This document shows, one piece after another, positions 34,930-45,072 of a stretch of 64,000 nucleotides of DNA. Source of the DNA: a virus; the IMG/VR virus record IMGVR_UViG_3300008116_000004. The stretch is one strand, 5' to 3'. The notes under the pieces are model-generated. The model made no database searches. It was not told the origin of the DNA and worked only from the letters and a program-made list of their open reading frames with translations. Within the stretch, counting starts at the first letter, position 1; each line of letters starts with the position of its first letter. The position numbers and the translations under genes are program-made.

Positions 34930-35163
34930 TCACTTATTTATATTATCTTTTTCAATAATAGATATTAACATACGGTTTATTTCTTCACTAATAGCTTTTT
35001 CTAACTCTGGTGTAATCTGCTTATTAGCTTTGTGAAGACTTCCATCTTTCTCTATTTTAAAAATATCCACATCCATATACATTTCACCATTTTCATTTTC
35101 ATGAACAAAGTCCCCTGGTGGAAAAGATATAAAATATTCCCCTATTCTAAATCCGTCTCTCAT
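34930..35163 (-). CDS. Hypothetical protein
   Basis: Coupled ORF. Confidence 0.65.
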   Translation of the reverse strand: MRDGFRIGEYFISFPPGDFVHENENGEMYMDVDIFKIEKDGSLHKANKQITPELEKAISEEINRMLISIIEKDNINK

Positions 35164-35650
35164 TATAATATCCTTTTAATGCTTTATCTCTGTGATATCT
35201 TCCAGCACGATTAAAAAATAAAATACCATCAAGATGATCTAACTCATGTTGAAAGACTCTTGCTGTAAGACCTTGAAATACTCTAGTAACTGTTTCACCT
35301 GAAGGTGTTTGAAAACGTACTTTAATACCAATAGGCCTTTTTATTTTTACATTTACGTTAGGAAAAGAGAGACATGCTTCCTCTAATAATTCAACTTCTT
35401 TACTCTTATCTACAATTCTTGGATTAAAACAAACTAGGTTTTCTGGGCTACCTCTCATAGCAAAAACTCTATAAGGAATACCTAGTTGATTTGCTGCAAT
35501 ACCAACTGCATTATATTGATTCATTGCTTGCATCAATCCAGTAGCTAGATCATAAGGATCTCCTGGAGGATTTTTAAAGTCAAATTCTTCACAAGGTGTA
35601 GTTAGTATACTGTTAGGATATTTAATTAGAAGATCTTCACTCATACCCAC
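35147..35650 (-). CDS. def: Peptide deformylase
   Basis: GIAANQLG, EACLS, QHELDHL. Confidence 0.95.
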   Translation of the reverse strand: MGMSEDLLIKYPNSILTTPCEEFDFKNPPGDPYDLATGLMQAMNQYNAVGIAANQLGIPYRVFAMRGSPENLVCFNPRIVDKSKEVELLEEACLSFPNVNVKIKRPIGIKVRFQTPSGETVTRVFQGLTARVFQHELDHLDGILFFNRAGRYHRDKALKGYYNERRI

Positions 35651-35817
35651 TCCTCAACAATACCTAAAAGTTCAGCAACAAATAAAAATGCTGCAAGATA
35701 TAATATATCATAGCCAAACCAAATAACAGATGCACAACCAATCAAACGTAAACTACTTTTTACATAAGACCAGTATCCATGCCATGATTTGTATTTGTTT
35801 TCAAAATTATCACTCAT
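35641..35817 (-). CDS. 58-aa membrane protein missed by the ORF track
   Basis: MSDNFEN...S.VKS.LR....AELLGIVEEWV; ATGA-coupled at both ends. Confidence 0.7.
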   Translation of the reverse strand: MSDNFENKYKSWHGYWSYVKSSLRLIGCASVIWFGYDILYLAAFLFVAELLGIVEEWV

Positions 35818-37529
35818 GCTGCTATCCTTGAGAAATTTTTATGCTTTTCAAACTTAAGCACGTTTGTAAATTTATCGTACATCTGATCTGTTTTATGGCT
35901 TATTATAAATGTATTTGTGTCCTGAGTCAAGGTATTAATGATCTTCAGGAACTCATCAGTGCCATTACTATCCAACGAACCGTCGAGGACTTCGTCCATA
36001 ATAAGTAGATTAGTGCTAGCACTATTGCGTAACTTAGCAACAGCTCTCCAAGTGAATAGTATAGCCAAGTTAATTCGCATTTTTTCTCCTTCTGAGAAGG
36101 AGGCGTAGCTAAATTCATCTCTGAATCTTGATTTGATTGTTTCTTCGAAGTTTTCATTTAGCTCAAAGTTTACAAAGAAGTCCATTGCAGCCAAATACTT
36201 GTTAATTAGTTTGTTAATAACAGGTACATACTGTTTAATGATTCTTGCTTTGATACCGTTGTCCTTAAGGATGATTGATGATATATTTAATGCATCCTTG
36301 TCTTTAAGGAGCTCTGTCTTTTCTTCTCTTTGTTTGTCAAGAAGATCTTCTAGTTCTTTCATCTTATCATCGTTCATAATAAGATCATCAGATTTGTCTT
36401 GAAGATCTTTTATTTCTTTAGCAATCTTTTTACATTGTTGTACAAGACCTGTAATAGAATTACTTCTAGTAATCTTATCAATATTCAATGAAGAAATTTT
36501 AGATGATACATCAGCAATCTGTTGGATCTTTTCTTGTATCGTGGTAATTTCTTCCTTGAGTTTTTCAATACCTTGCTGGGTTTCCTGTATTTGTGCTTGT
36601 TTTGCATCGACAGTCTCACACTTAAACGCATTATCAATATCCTGCTTGCATGTAGGACAGCTATCGTGTGAAGTAAAGAACTCGATGTCAGCTTGGAGTT
36701 TGGAAATTTTATCTGATAATTGGATGTCGAGTCTTTGTAATGTTTTTTGCTTTTTGTTGATTTGCTCTTGGTCTTCGATAGAGGCTCTGAGCGATAGAAT
36801 TTGTTCGTCGATAGTTTCAATTTCATTCTTTTCTCTTTCAATGAAATCTGTATAATCTTTTAACTCTTTTTTAAGCTTCTCAATTTGCTCTTCACTATTC
36901 TTTTGCATGGCAACGATATGCTCATGCTGCATTTTAATCTTCTCTGAAGTAAGATCATATTGATATTCTACTTCAAGTAACTTTGTATTATTGCTACTAA
37001 TTTTATCTTTAAGAAGACTATTCATAGTAGAGAAGATCTGTATGTCAAGGAGATCCTCGATTACATCTCGTCTGTTCTGCGCTGTAAGCTGCATGAAAGG
37101 AACAAACGAGGCAGAACCAAGTACTACCACCTGACAAAACGATTTGTGGTTAAGCTTAAGTATTTGCTTTTCTAAAACCTCTTGATAGTCTTTTGTTTCA
37201 GCATCTTGATTGATTAGATTATTATTTTGATATACTTCAAAGATAGATGGTTTAAGACCGCGTACGATCTTATACATATGTGAACCAATATTAAACTCAA
37301 TCTCTACAACAAGATCTTTCTTGTTAATAGAATTTAATAACTGTGGTTTATTTACTCTACGAAATGGTTTATTATATAAAACAAACGATAAGGCATCAAG
37401 CATAGTTGATTTGCCTGCACCATTCTCACCAACAATCAGTGTGGTGTTGTTTTTACTATAATCAATCTCTGTAAATGTATTACCGGTACTGAGAAAGTTC
37501 TTCCAGCGAATCTTTTTAAAAAATATCAT
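35814..37529 (-). CDS. gp46: Rad50/SbcC-like recombination endonuclease subunit (gp46)
   Basis: GENGAGKS, CPTC zinc hook, SFSEGEK, MDEVLD, ISH. Confidence 0.97.
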   Translation of the reverse strand: MIFFKKIRWKNFLSTGNTFTEIDYSKNNTTLIVGENGAGKSTMLDALSFVLYNKPFRRVNKPQLLNSINKKDLVVEIEFNIGSHMYKIVRGLKPSIFEVYQNNNLINQDAETKDYQEVLEKQILKLNHKSFCQVVVLGSASFVPFMQLTAQNRRDVIEDLLDIQIFSTMNSLLKDKISSNNTKLLEVEYQYDLTSEKIKMQHEHIVAMQKNSEEQIEKLKKELKDYTDFIEREKNEIETIDEQILSLRASIEDQEQINKKQKTLQRLDIQLSDKISKLQADIEFFTSHDSCPTCKQDIDNAFKCETVDAKQAQIQETQQGIEKLKEEITTIQEKIQQIADVSSKISSLNIDKITRSNSITGLVQQCKKIAKEIKDLQDKSDDLIMNDDKMKELEDLLDKQREEKTELLKDKDALNISSIILKDNGIKARIIKQYVPVINKLINKYLAAMDFFVNFELNENFEETIKSRFRDEFSYASFSEGEKMRINLAILFTWRAVAKLRNSASTNLLIMDEVLDGSLDSNGTDEFLKIINTLTQDTNTFIISHKTDQMYDKFTNVLKFEKHKNFSRIAA

Positions 37530-37532
37530 AAA

Positions 37533-37850
37533 CTATGCAATCCATATTAAATATAACAGTACCATGATAAACAAATAACCAAATAAACTCAACGGTTTTC
37601 CTTTACGGTATTTAATTTTCCTTGTTTTTTTAACACCACCCCAAGTTTCAGTTTGTCTTCTTGTCATACCACCCATGCTAATAGTGGTAGTTCTTTTAGT
37701 TTTACCGTTTGGTAATAGTGAATAAGTTACTCTGTTAGATTTATTACCGTAAGAAACACTCTGTGTAATACCTTTAGCGGAATTTTGAGTAATAGTAGTA
37801 TTACCTACTTTTCTTCTTCTAACCCAACCTCCAGTACCTTTCTTGCCCAT
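37533..37850 (-). CDS. Basic protein with C-terminal TM
   Basis: K/R/T-rich; hydrophobic tail. Confidence 0.6.
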   Translation of the reverse strand: MGKKGTGGWVRRRKVGNTTITQNSAKGITQSVSYGNKSNRVTYSLLPNGKTKRTTTISMGGMTRRQTETWGGVKKTRKIKYRKGKPLSLFGYLFIMVLLYLIWIA

Positions 37851-38083
37851 TATGCTGAAACTTTCACACCTATCATTTCAACTTCTGCATCAGTCTCGAT
37901 CCAAAGTTTAGCACCACAAGGTCTAGGCTTATTTGGACGGTATACCATACGTGATGGTCCTTTAATGTCTACTTCCATACAATACTTAACAACGCCATTT
38001 TCTTCAACACGACATACCGGCTCATCTTTACCATGTTTTGCATTTTGTTGTATGATATTTCTATTAATATGAATTATCTTCAT
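37850..38083 (-). CDS. Conserved phage hypothetical protein
   Basis: IHINR..I..N, CGA..WIET. Confidence 0.75.
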   Translation of the reverse strand: MKIIHINRNIIQQNAKHGKDEPVCRVEENGVVKYCMEVDIKGPSRMVYRPNKPRPCGAKLWIETDAEVEMIGVKVSA

Positions 38084-39189
38084 AATACGTCATGAGCCTC
38101 TACATAGAGATTTTGTATAATGTTTTCTACTCGTTTTCTATCTGTATTAATATTCATACTGTCAATAAACTTATTAATAATACTCATAGTATCTTCTGCT
38201 TCATTGACAATATCATCATCTGCTTCTAAATCAAGATGAAAGTGATCTTCTACTACTTGTAGATCAGCAACCCCCGCTTTTTCTAACTTCTCGATAACAA
38301 TGTCAAACCAAAACGGATTTGTTTTATTTTTTACTACTACTTTAACATAGCAATCTTTATAATCTTTTACGTCAAAAGAAAAAACTTCATCCATATTCTT
38401 ATTAAGATCATCATAAAAGAACTTATGAAAGATCTGATTAGGGTTAGGAATAAATTCTAATGTTCTGGTGGATGTATCCAGGATATGAAACCCTTTTGTA
38501 TCCACATAGTCACTCCAAATATACTGTACAGGAGTCCCCAGATAATGGATATTACCGCTACTGGAACGAGTATGATAATGCCCAGAAAGTACGATATCGA
38601 ATTTATCAAAGATCTTAGGATCGTCACCATGATCACTTACCTGTCCTTTATACATCTCATACCCAGCTAATTCAAGATGACCTAATGCAATAGGTGCTTT
38701 TGTCTCTTTAATTAACTCTAATGTTCTTTCTCTATTCTCATCACAAATCCAAGGCATGAGAAATAATCCTAGATCGTCTTTAGAAAGATGCAGGGTACAA
38801 GGTGCTTCATAGTAAATATACGTCTTAGGGTAACGCTTAATATCTCTAACTACGTCATTGTATGGCTTAGGATTACCAATAAGCTCTACTAACGAGTTTG
38901 TTGCATTGGTATTCTTGTAGTAGGTATCATGGTTGCCAGCAATAATGTGCAACTCAAGACCGCGTTCATGAACTGGATCGAGAAAATCTTCTCTAAGACG
39001 TCTGGCAGTTACATAGTTAACATACTTACGGCGATCAACGAGATCCCCAAGATGAATAATATGAGTAATGCCTTCTCGATCAATAGTAGGGAAAAAGATT
39101 TCATCTAAAAACTTCTTCATATGGTTGTGCATGATAGGAGAATCATTTCTGACTCCCCAGTGAGTATCAGTTATTAATGCTATCTTCAC
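38080..39189 (-). CDS. gp47: Mre11/SbcD-like nuclease subunit (gp47)
   Basis: DTHWG, GDLVDRRK, GNHD, SGHYH. Confidence 0.96.
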   Translation of the reverse strand: MKIALITDTHWGVRNDSPIMHNHMKKFLDEIFFPTIDREGITHIIHLGDLVDRRKYVNYVTARRLREDFLDPVHERGLELHIIAGNHDTYYKNTNATNSLVELIGNPKPYNDVVRDIKRYPKTYIYYEAPCTLHLSKDDLGLFLMPWICDENRERTLELIKETKAPIALGHLELAGYEMYKGQVSDHGDDPKIFDKFDIVLSGHYHTRSSSGNIHYLGTPVQYIWSDYVDTKGFHILDTSTRTLEFIPNPNQIFHKFFYDDLNKNMDEVFSFDVKDYKDCYVKVVVKNKTNPFWFDIVIEKLEKAGVADLQVVEDHFHLDLEADDDIVNEAEDTMSIINKFIDSMNINTDRKRVENIIQNLYVEAHDVL

Positions 39190-39404
39190 TTAGCTACCTC
39201 TATATTTCTACTACCACGTCCGCGTTTATAAATGTTAGTATTAACTTCCATATTATGTCTACGGATTGCATCATCACAGTAATCACGAATTGCTTCTAGT
39301 CTAATAATATAATTTAGACGGAGATTGTCTTGCTTTGTAGTAGCAAGACTTTGTGCACAATCAATAACTACCTGTGGTACTAGATGTAGTTTTTCATTCT
39401 TCAT
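39186..39404 (-). CDS. Hypothetical protein
   Basis: Coupled ORF between gp55 and gp47. Confidence 0.7.
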   Translation of the reverse strand: MKNEKLHLVPQVVIDCAQSLATTKQDNLRLNYIIRLEAIRDYCDDAIRRHNMEVNTNIYKRGRGSRNIEVAK

Positions 39405-39948
39405 AGAACTTCTCCACGCCTGTTCTTCTTGCTTTATTCTTTTTTTGTTTTTCTGCTTGTTTCTTATCGTAAGACTCTACAAGACCTTTCATATACTCAT
39501 TATCTAAATTAACTGTGACGTTATGATCATCATCACTCATACCTTGATCAGCTAACATACCTTCAAAGTAAAAATTCTCTAATGTCTTCTGTTTAATATA
39601 AAGATGTCTTTTTTCTTTATCAATACGTCTTAGGAAAGCAAACCATATAATCTGTGTAAAGTAGGCGAATGGATTGTCTGATTTTTCTGGATTAAAATTA
39701 TTAAGATAGTTAATACAATTCTCTAATCCATCAGAGATCATTTCATCTCTATACGTATAACTAATAAAGTTTGGTTTAAGAGACAATCGTGTTGCAATCT
39801 TGTATAGACATTCACCAATATATGCAGGTATACGTGGCTCAGGTAGATTATTTTTCTTTGCTTCTTCTATATCTCGTTTATATTGTAAGATAGCAGTATA
39901 AAACTTTTTATTATCAATATAGTGTTTGTTATTCTTACCTATAGCCAT
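39394..39948 (-). CDS. gp55: Late sigma factor (gp55)
   Basis: HYIDNK, YTYRDEMISDG.ENC, NPFAYFTQI. Confidence 0.95.
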   Translation of the reverse strand: MAIGKNNKHYIDNKKFYTAILQYKRDIEEAKKNNLPEPRIPAYIGECLYKIATRLSLKPNFISYTYRDEMISDGLENCINYLNNFNPEKSDNPFAYFTQIIWFAFLRRIDKEKRHLYIKQKTLENFYFEGMLADQGMSDDDHNVTVNLDNEYMKGLVESYDKKQAEKQKKNKARRTGVEKFYEE

Positions 39949-40008
39949 ACTGAAACCTTTAATGTATAAAAATGAAGTTATAATTACTAATCTAGATTAT
40001 TTTATTAA

Positions 40009-40335
40009 TTAATGCAAGGATTTTTGCTTTAATATCAATTCTTTTTTAGACTCTTGAGGCTTCTTAAAAGATAATTTATTTTCTTTCATCTCAGCAACTA
40101 TCATTTTATAAAACTCAAGAACGTCTTCATCAATACCTGATACACTGATAATGTTATCTTTATTAAACGCAACTATACCACCTTTTGCAAATGGCACATA
40201 AGGCATCGTATAAAGGTATGTTTCTTCTTTTAATACAATTACAGGATACTCAACGTTCATAAACTCTTCATCTTCTTTAACAACATTACCAATAATAGGT
40301 TGTACACCTGGTACAGTAAAGAGAATAACTTTCAT
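40009..40335 (-). CDS. Conserved T4-like hypothetical protein
   Basis: ORF between uvsW and gp55. Confidence 0.7.
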   Translation of the reverse strand: MKVILFTVPGVQPIIGNVVKEDEEFMNVEYPVIVLKEETYLYTMPYVPFAKGGIVAFNKDNIISVSGIDEDVLEFYKMIVAEMKENKLSFKKPQESKKELILKQKSLH

Positions 40336-41817
40336 TTATATCTCCGTGTTGAAGATTTTATATTCAAAACCTTCGTTGTTATAGATATTTATTCTCTCCA
40401 TAAAATGTTGAAGTGTAAAGTTAGTATATGTACCAGCTCTCAAGTCATCAGCAATATCATAAAGAGTCATACTGTCTTTGCTATCACCTATCCTAAGCCC
40501 ACGACCAATCGACTGAAGAATTCGAACACGAGACTTAGAAGGACTAGCAAGAACAACACTATGTAAGTTACGTATGTTGATACCGGTAGAGAAAGTTCCA
40601 TAGCTTGCCACAATGATAGCATCGGATTCTTTCTCGACAATTCCTCGAATTCTTTCTCTGTCATCACCTTCCACTCCTCCGTGGACAAAAAATATTTTAC
40701 GATCAGGTGCTTTAGTTTTCATCATATCAAAAAGCACTTTACCATGCTTCTCAACATATTGAAAGAGTACTAGTGAATTACCTTCTAACGATAATGTTAG
40801 ATTACGAATAAATTTATTTCTCTTTTCATGGCGTACTAAGAAATCCATCTCATCTTGATAGTTTAGTTTCTTAGTAGCCTGTCTTGTATCTTTATCGTAT
40901 TGTAGTACTAATGCTTTAATCTTCAGGTTTGCAATATGACCTTGGTCCATAAGTTCTGCAGATGTAGTAATTTGCTTAACTGCACCGAATAGACCTTCTA
41001 AAGTAACCTTATTAGTGAGAGAACCATCTAGAGTACCAGTAAAACCAAAACGGTATTTACAATCAACTAACTTCTCCATAATTGATTTAAGAGAGGTTGC
41101 TTTAAATAGATGAACCTCATCACCAATAACACAACCAAATTGCTTAAACCAATCTTTAGGCATCTTATAAATTGATTGCCATGTCGATATAACAACAGGT
41201 GATATAGTCACCTTATCAACACCTGCAGTAATAGAATGTATGTCTAAAGATTTACCTGCATACTCTTCAAAGTCTTTCTTCATCTGTAATACAAGAGATA
41301 CAGTAGGTACAATAACTAACACTCTCTGTTTTTTAAGAATAGAAAGATAATAACAAGCAATTAGATAGATGATAAGAGATTTACCTGAAGCAGTAGGTGA
41401 TAAAAAGATAGCTCTGTTGCTTGTTATAGCAATATTAAAAGCAAGTTTTTGATAGTCACGTGGAGCTATCTTACTAATATTAGAAATATGCTCTTGTAAA
41501 TATTCTTCATTTAATAGTTCACCGGATTGTAATTCAGGATCAATTTCTACATCATAGTTACGTGATGCTGCAAACTCAGAAATCTCCTTAACCAGACCTG
41601 TATAAGTGAGGCCAGTTAAGGAGTTCAACAGTCTAATTTTTCCATCCCAGAATTTATTTTTATACGCAGGTGAAAACTTTGCACCTGGTACCATAAAAGT
41701 GAGATGATCTGAGAGTTCCTGGACCACGGAAGGTTCACTTACTACTCTCAGATAAACTTCGTTCACCTTTTGTAATAACAACCTATCACGCGCCCACCTT
41801 GAATTTTTCGTAGTCAA
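40336..41817 (-). CDS. uvsW: SF2 helicase UvsW
   Basis: WDGKIRL, PRDYQ, SPTASGKS, GDEVH, QSIGRGLR. Confidence 0.96.
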   Translation of the reverse strand: MTTKNSRWARDRLLLQKVNEVYLRVVSEPSVVQELSDHLTFMVPGAKFSPAYKNKFWDGKIRLLNSLTGLTYTGLVKEISEFAASRNYDVEIDPELQSGELLNEEYLQEHISNISKIAPRDYQKLAFNIAITSNRAIFLSPTASGKSLIIYLIACYYLSILKKQRVLVIVPTVSLVLQMKKDFEEYAGKSLDIHSITAGVDKVTISPVVISTWQSIYKMPKDWFKQFGCVIGDEVHLFKATSLKSIMEKLVDCKYRFGFTGTLDGSLTNKVTLEGLFGAVKQITTSAELMDQGHIANLKIKALVLQYDKDTRQATKKLNYQDEMDFLVRHEKRNKFIRNLTLSLEGNSLVLFQYVEKHGKVLFDMMKTKAPDRKIFFVHGGVEGDDRERIRGIVEKESDAIIVASYGTFSTGINIRNLHSVVLASPSKSRVRILQSIGRGLRIGDSKDSMTLYDIADDLRAGTYTNFTLQHFMERINIYNNEGFEYKIFNTEI

Positions 41818-42220
41818 TTGCGCTCTTTATTAAGTAACCTCTATTACTTATCGATTTGATAATCGATTCGAGCGTATCTACTTTTTCACCTTGCATTGCA
41901 ATCTTGAGATTCATTTTTATAATATCTTGATCGGCATCTATATGCATAGGGATATCAGACTTAAGAACATTAAGTCTGAATGGTTCCCATCCATTTGATT
42001 TTAGATCTTCTTCAGGTAAAATACCACGATAGTAATCGTGTTTGAGTTTAATTAACTCTCTCTTTTCTTCTTCTAATTTACGAAGTAAAAGTCTCTCTTC
42101 TGAATAATGTCTGAGATACTTACTATGTAGTTTTGGTATCTTGAGTGCTTCTTCGCCCAACTCAGTACGGTCGACGTTACAGTCCGTTGACCACATATCC
42201 AATATTTCATCAAGTTTCAT
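41786..42220 (-). CDS. uvsY: Recombination mediator UvsY
   Basis: W..D, IPKLHSKY, I.NR...IK.AI..KF..G. Confidence 0.9.
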   Translation of the reverse strand: MKLDEILDMWSTDCNVDRTELGEEALKIPKLHSKYLRHYSEERLLLRKLEEEKRELIKLKHDYYRGILPEEDLKSNGWEPFRLNVLKSDIPMHIDADQDIIKMNLKIAMQGEKVDTLESIIKSISNRGYLIKSAIDYEKFKVGA

Positions 42221-42228
42221 AACAAACC

Positions 42229-42750
42229 TTAAATTTTAACTACTGTAAATTTCTTATATTTAAATGTTACAGTATTAGTCACATAATTTACATCAGTATC
42301 TGAAGTAGTAAAGTTTATATCACCAATAGTTACTGGAAATAGATCTTGAAAGCGCACTTCAACGTTTGGATCCATTGCACTATTCATTATAGTTAATGTA
42401 GCATCAGAAACAATAGTTTCTTTTGATCCTCTTACTGCATCTTTAATATTTTTATATTGACCAAACTCATCTGGAAAACCTAGTGCAATAATCCAATTGT
42501 AAATTTCAAAATAGTTTTCAAAATCTTCATCTACTCTAAAAGTAATCTGAAGATCACCAAAATCTATTTTATCACCAGGTAGTTCAATGATTTTAAAAGG
42601 AGTAGGTAATTCTATGAATCCAAGAGACATAGATGGAATATTAGCATCAGTCACAAAGAAGTTTAAGTTAGGCGATCTCTGTAGTGTAAACTTAAAACCT
42701 AATGGTGAAAGAAAATTAATATTATTTGGTTGATTAGCTAATATAGCCAT
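42229..42750 (-). CDS. gp3: Tail tube terminator/completion protein (gp3)
   Basis: NFLSP.GFKF, F.VDEDF.NY.EI..W, SDATL; late promoter at 42777-42784. Confidence 0.85.
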   Translation of the reverse strand: MAILANQPNNINFLSPLGFKFTLQRSPNLNFFVTDANIPSMSLGFIELPTPFKIIELPGDKIDFGDLQITFRVDEDFENYFEIYNWIIALGFPDEFGQYKNIKDAVRGSKETIVSDATLTIMNSAMDPNVEVRFQDLFPVTIGDINFTTSDTDVNYVTNTVTFKYKKFTVVKI

Positions 42751-42779
42751 TATCTACTCCTATTTGATAATAAGAGTAT

Positions 42780-42950
42780 TTATGGGTTCTGTTTGCTATT
42801 TTTAATATCTTTAACTTCATTAAAAACACCTTTAATTGCATGTACCATAAGAACAATAAAGGCGCCTATTGATACCATAGCTAAAATAAACAATGATACA
42901 ATAAAGATAAGATCTTGAGGTGAATAGCAAGCTTTAAGTTCAGTTAACAT
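42780..42950 (-). CDS. 56-aa membrane protein missed by the ORF track
   Basis: MLTELK..LIFIVSLFILAMVSIGAFIVLM; TAATG coupling. Confidence 0.55.
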   Translation of the reverse strand: MLTELKACYSPQDLIFIVSLFILAMVSIGAFIVLMVHAIKGVFNEVKDIKNSKQNP

Positions 42951-43165
42951 TATGCAGTCTCCATCGTATCTTGATATTGCTCATATGCAAATGCTTCTTC
43001 GTCAATTTCTGCATTAATGCCGTCTACAATATTTTGTAGTTCTGACAGGATAGCTTTACTATCAGTATTATACTTCTTCCATGAAGTAATTAGTTTCTCT
43101 AACTGCTCTAAGATTTCATAACGATCACTAAACATCTTATTCACCCTTTCCATAAAACAACTCAC
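42950..43165 (-). CDS. Hypothetical protein
   Basis: Early island ORF. Confidence 0.6.
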   Translation of the reverse strand: MSCFMERVNKMFSDRYEILEQLEKLITSWKKYNTDSKAILSELQNIVDGINAEIDEEAFAYEQYQDTMETA

Positions 43166-43340
43166 GCATACCTTCCATTACAATCCGATATGCTTGACGC
43201 TCTTTAACAGAGAATTGCTCTGTCCATTCTGCATGACCTTCTTTATAAATGCCATCCATATATTCAAGAGCTTCTAAGATACCCGAATCATGATCCATTG
43301 CAAATGTGCTAATAATCGAAGTTGCTTCTGCATATGTCAT
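43137..43340 (-). CDS. Hypothetical early protein
   Basis: GGAG RBS. Confidence 0.7.
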   Translation of the reverse strand: MTYAEATSIISTFAMDHDSGILEALEYMDGIYKEGHAEWTEQFSVKERQAYRIVMEGMRELFYGKGE

Positions 43341-43409
43341 TTATTTTCTCCATTTCTCATATTATTATAATCGTATATTTTCGTAATAATTGCAACTTAT
43401 TTTTTAGGA

Positions 43410-43495
43410 AAAAACCTCAATGTTTTCAATGATCTAGGAAATAAAAAACTCAATGATTTCAATAGGTTAAAAATCTCAATGATTTCAATGATGTA
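43410..43495. repeat. Three copies of the CTCAATGATTTCAAT motif between divergent early promoters
   Basis: ctcaatgttttcaatg, ctcaatgatttcaata, ctcaatgatttcaatg. Confidence 0.8.
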
Positions 43496-43513
43496 TTTTT
43501 AGGAAAATAACAG

Positions 43514-43542
43514 TTGACTTATTACTCAAAAAAGGCTATATT
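43514..43542 (+). promoter_or_regulatory. Early promoter TTGACT-N17-TATATT
   Basis: Near-consensus sigma70 promoter. Confidence 0.7.
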
Positions 43543-43595
43543 TAATTGTCGCTAGAAGACCAGGTAAAATTATTAAAATTTTATCTGAACCCAAA

Positions 43596-43841
43596 ATGGA
43601 GAATAAAATGAAAGTTAACTCACCTTATCTTCCTTTTACTCAAAATATTCCTTCTAATGAAGTATATACAGAATTCCTTTTAGATATTTTAGATAGATTA
43701 TCTGAAGGAGAGAGAGTTTGGTTGAATAAAGAAGAAAGAGAAAAGTTAACTGAAATCCTTGATTGTAGTTTTAATCAGGTAGAGATTTTAGATAAGGCTC
43801 AGGAAAATACTCCTTATTATGCAATTGATCCTGTATTCTAA
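43596..43841 (+). CDS. Hypothetical early protein
   Basis: GGAG RBS. Confidence 0.65.
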   Translation: MENKMKVNSPYLPFTQNIPSNEVYTEFLLDILDRLSEGERVWLNKEEREKLTEILDCSFNQVEILDKAQENTPYYAIDPVF

Positions 43842-43886
43842 AATTTAAAATAAAAGGAGGGAGTTAATCTCCCTCCTACCTTTATA

Positions 43887-44258
43887 ATGGAGAATGTTAT
43901 GCGTGTAGTTATACGAAATAGTCTTAAAGAAAAACTTGCTGCTTATTCTCATATGCCCGACACTTACGAGTATGAGGGAGAAGTAGTAGCAACTCCTAAA
44001 TGGGTTGATTATCCTGCTCTTGCATTATCTACAGGTAATAGAAAGTTTCCTTTTAGACTTATTGCACACAGTGATATTATAAGCATGGATGGTGAAACAA
44101 TCAAGCTAAAAATGCCAGAAGATACAAAAAAAGTTATCCAGGTTACTGGTTCTAAAGGAGACGTATATACGGTTACTATAGACGGGTCTCATAAAACTTG
44201 TACTTGTCAGGCATATACTTTCCGTCGTAGTTGCCGTCATATTGCAGAGGCAGTATAA
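43887..44258 (+). CDS. SWIM zinc-finger protein
   Basis: GSKG..Y.V, CTC......R.CRH. Confidence 0.8.
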   Translation: MENVMRVVIRNSLKEKLAAYSHMPDTYEYEGEVVATPKWVDYPALALSTGNRKFPFRLIAHSDIISMDGETIKLKMPEDTKKVIQVTGSKGDVYTVTIDGSHKTCTCQAYTFRRSCRHIAEAV

Positions 44259-44399
44259 TAATAGAATGGAAACAGGAGATAATTATGTACTTTCGTAGAC
44301 GTAAGGTTATTAACTTTAAAGAGCCAAAGTATATCGAGAATCCGTTGATTACTTTTACCTGGGATAAGATACTGATTGAAACTGATCAGGGCACTCTAG

Positions 44400-44882
44400 T
44401 TGTTGACAGCAAACCTAAGAAGCGCCGTAAGAAGGAAGAAGACAGTGAAGATTGATACTAAGTGTTCTTTTATCAAAGAAGAAATGATTCCAGTATTCGA
44501 AAAGGAATATAATGCAAAGTATATTCTCGAGACGGATCTTAAGTATAAAGATGGTGGTTGGGCTAATAGACCTGCTGCAATCTTCTATACAGAGAAGGCT
44601 CATCCTCGTGGATCTAATTACTTTGCAGTATATTTTAGCGGTGACTCTCTTATGATTACTGACGGTCTTCCTTCAGTTAAAGACGTAGTGTTCTCTGGTA
44701 TTGAAGCAGAAGGTGAAGTAGTATACTCACGTTATCGTCATGATTACCGCGAAGGTAAGAACGGAGCATTTGTAGATGGTGGGCGAGATTATTTTAGGTA
44801 TGGTGGCGATCGGTTTTCTGATTATAATGTTGTTAAATTTAAAGTAGTGAAAGATCAACTGGAGTTTATAGACAATGTCTGA
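44400..44882 (+). CDS. Conserved phage hypothetical protein
   Basis: YSRYRHDY, DGGRDY. Confidence 0.75.
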   Translation: MLTANLRSAVRRKKTVKIDTKCSFIKEEMIPVFEKEYNAKYILETDLKYKDGGWANRPAAIFYTEKAHPRGSNYFAVYFSGDSLMITDGLPSVKDVVFSGIEAEGEVVYSRYRHDYREGKNGAFVDGGRDYFRYGGDRFSDYNVVKFKVVKDQLEFIDNV

Positions 44883-45072
44883 CGATACTAACTATACTGC
44901 TGTTATTGGCTATCTTGAGAGTCGAATGGATACTCTCTATTCCAATATTATTGCGCGTGATCGGAAGCTAGCTGCAGCTAAAGATGAGGCTGATATGTGG
45001 CGCGGTAAGTGTCAACGTCTCGAGTGGGAGATTAACCAACTCCTCCGGGAGAGCTCGGAGGAGATTGAATGA
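44875..45072 (+). CDS. Coiled-coil hypothetical protein
   Basis: Coupled ORF. Confidence 0.6.
   Translation: MSDDTNYTAVIGYLESRMDTLYSNIIARDRKLAAAKDEADMWRGKCQRLEWEINQLLRESSEEIE

Noticed and set aside
35147-35650. Peptide deformylase as a partner removing formyl groups in the deazaguanine pathway
   Set aside because: It is an ordinary PDF, common in T4-like phages near gp46; adjacency alone is not evidence
43410-43495. Possible mini CRISPR array
   Set aside because: Repeats are about 15 bp, degenerate, with short AT-rich uneven spacers; no cas genes
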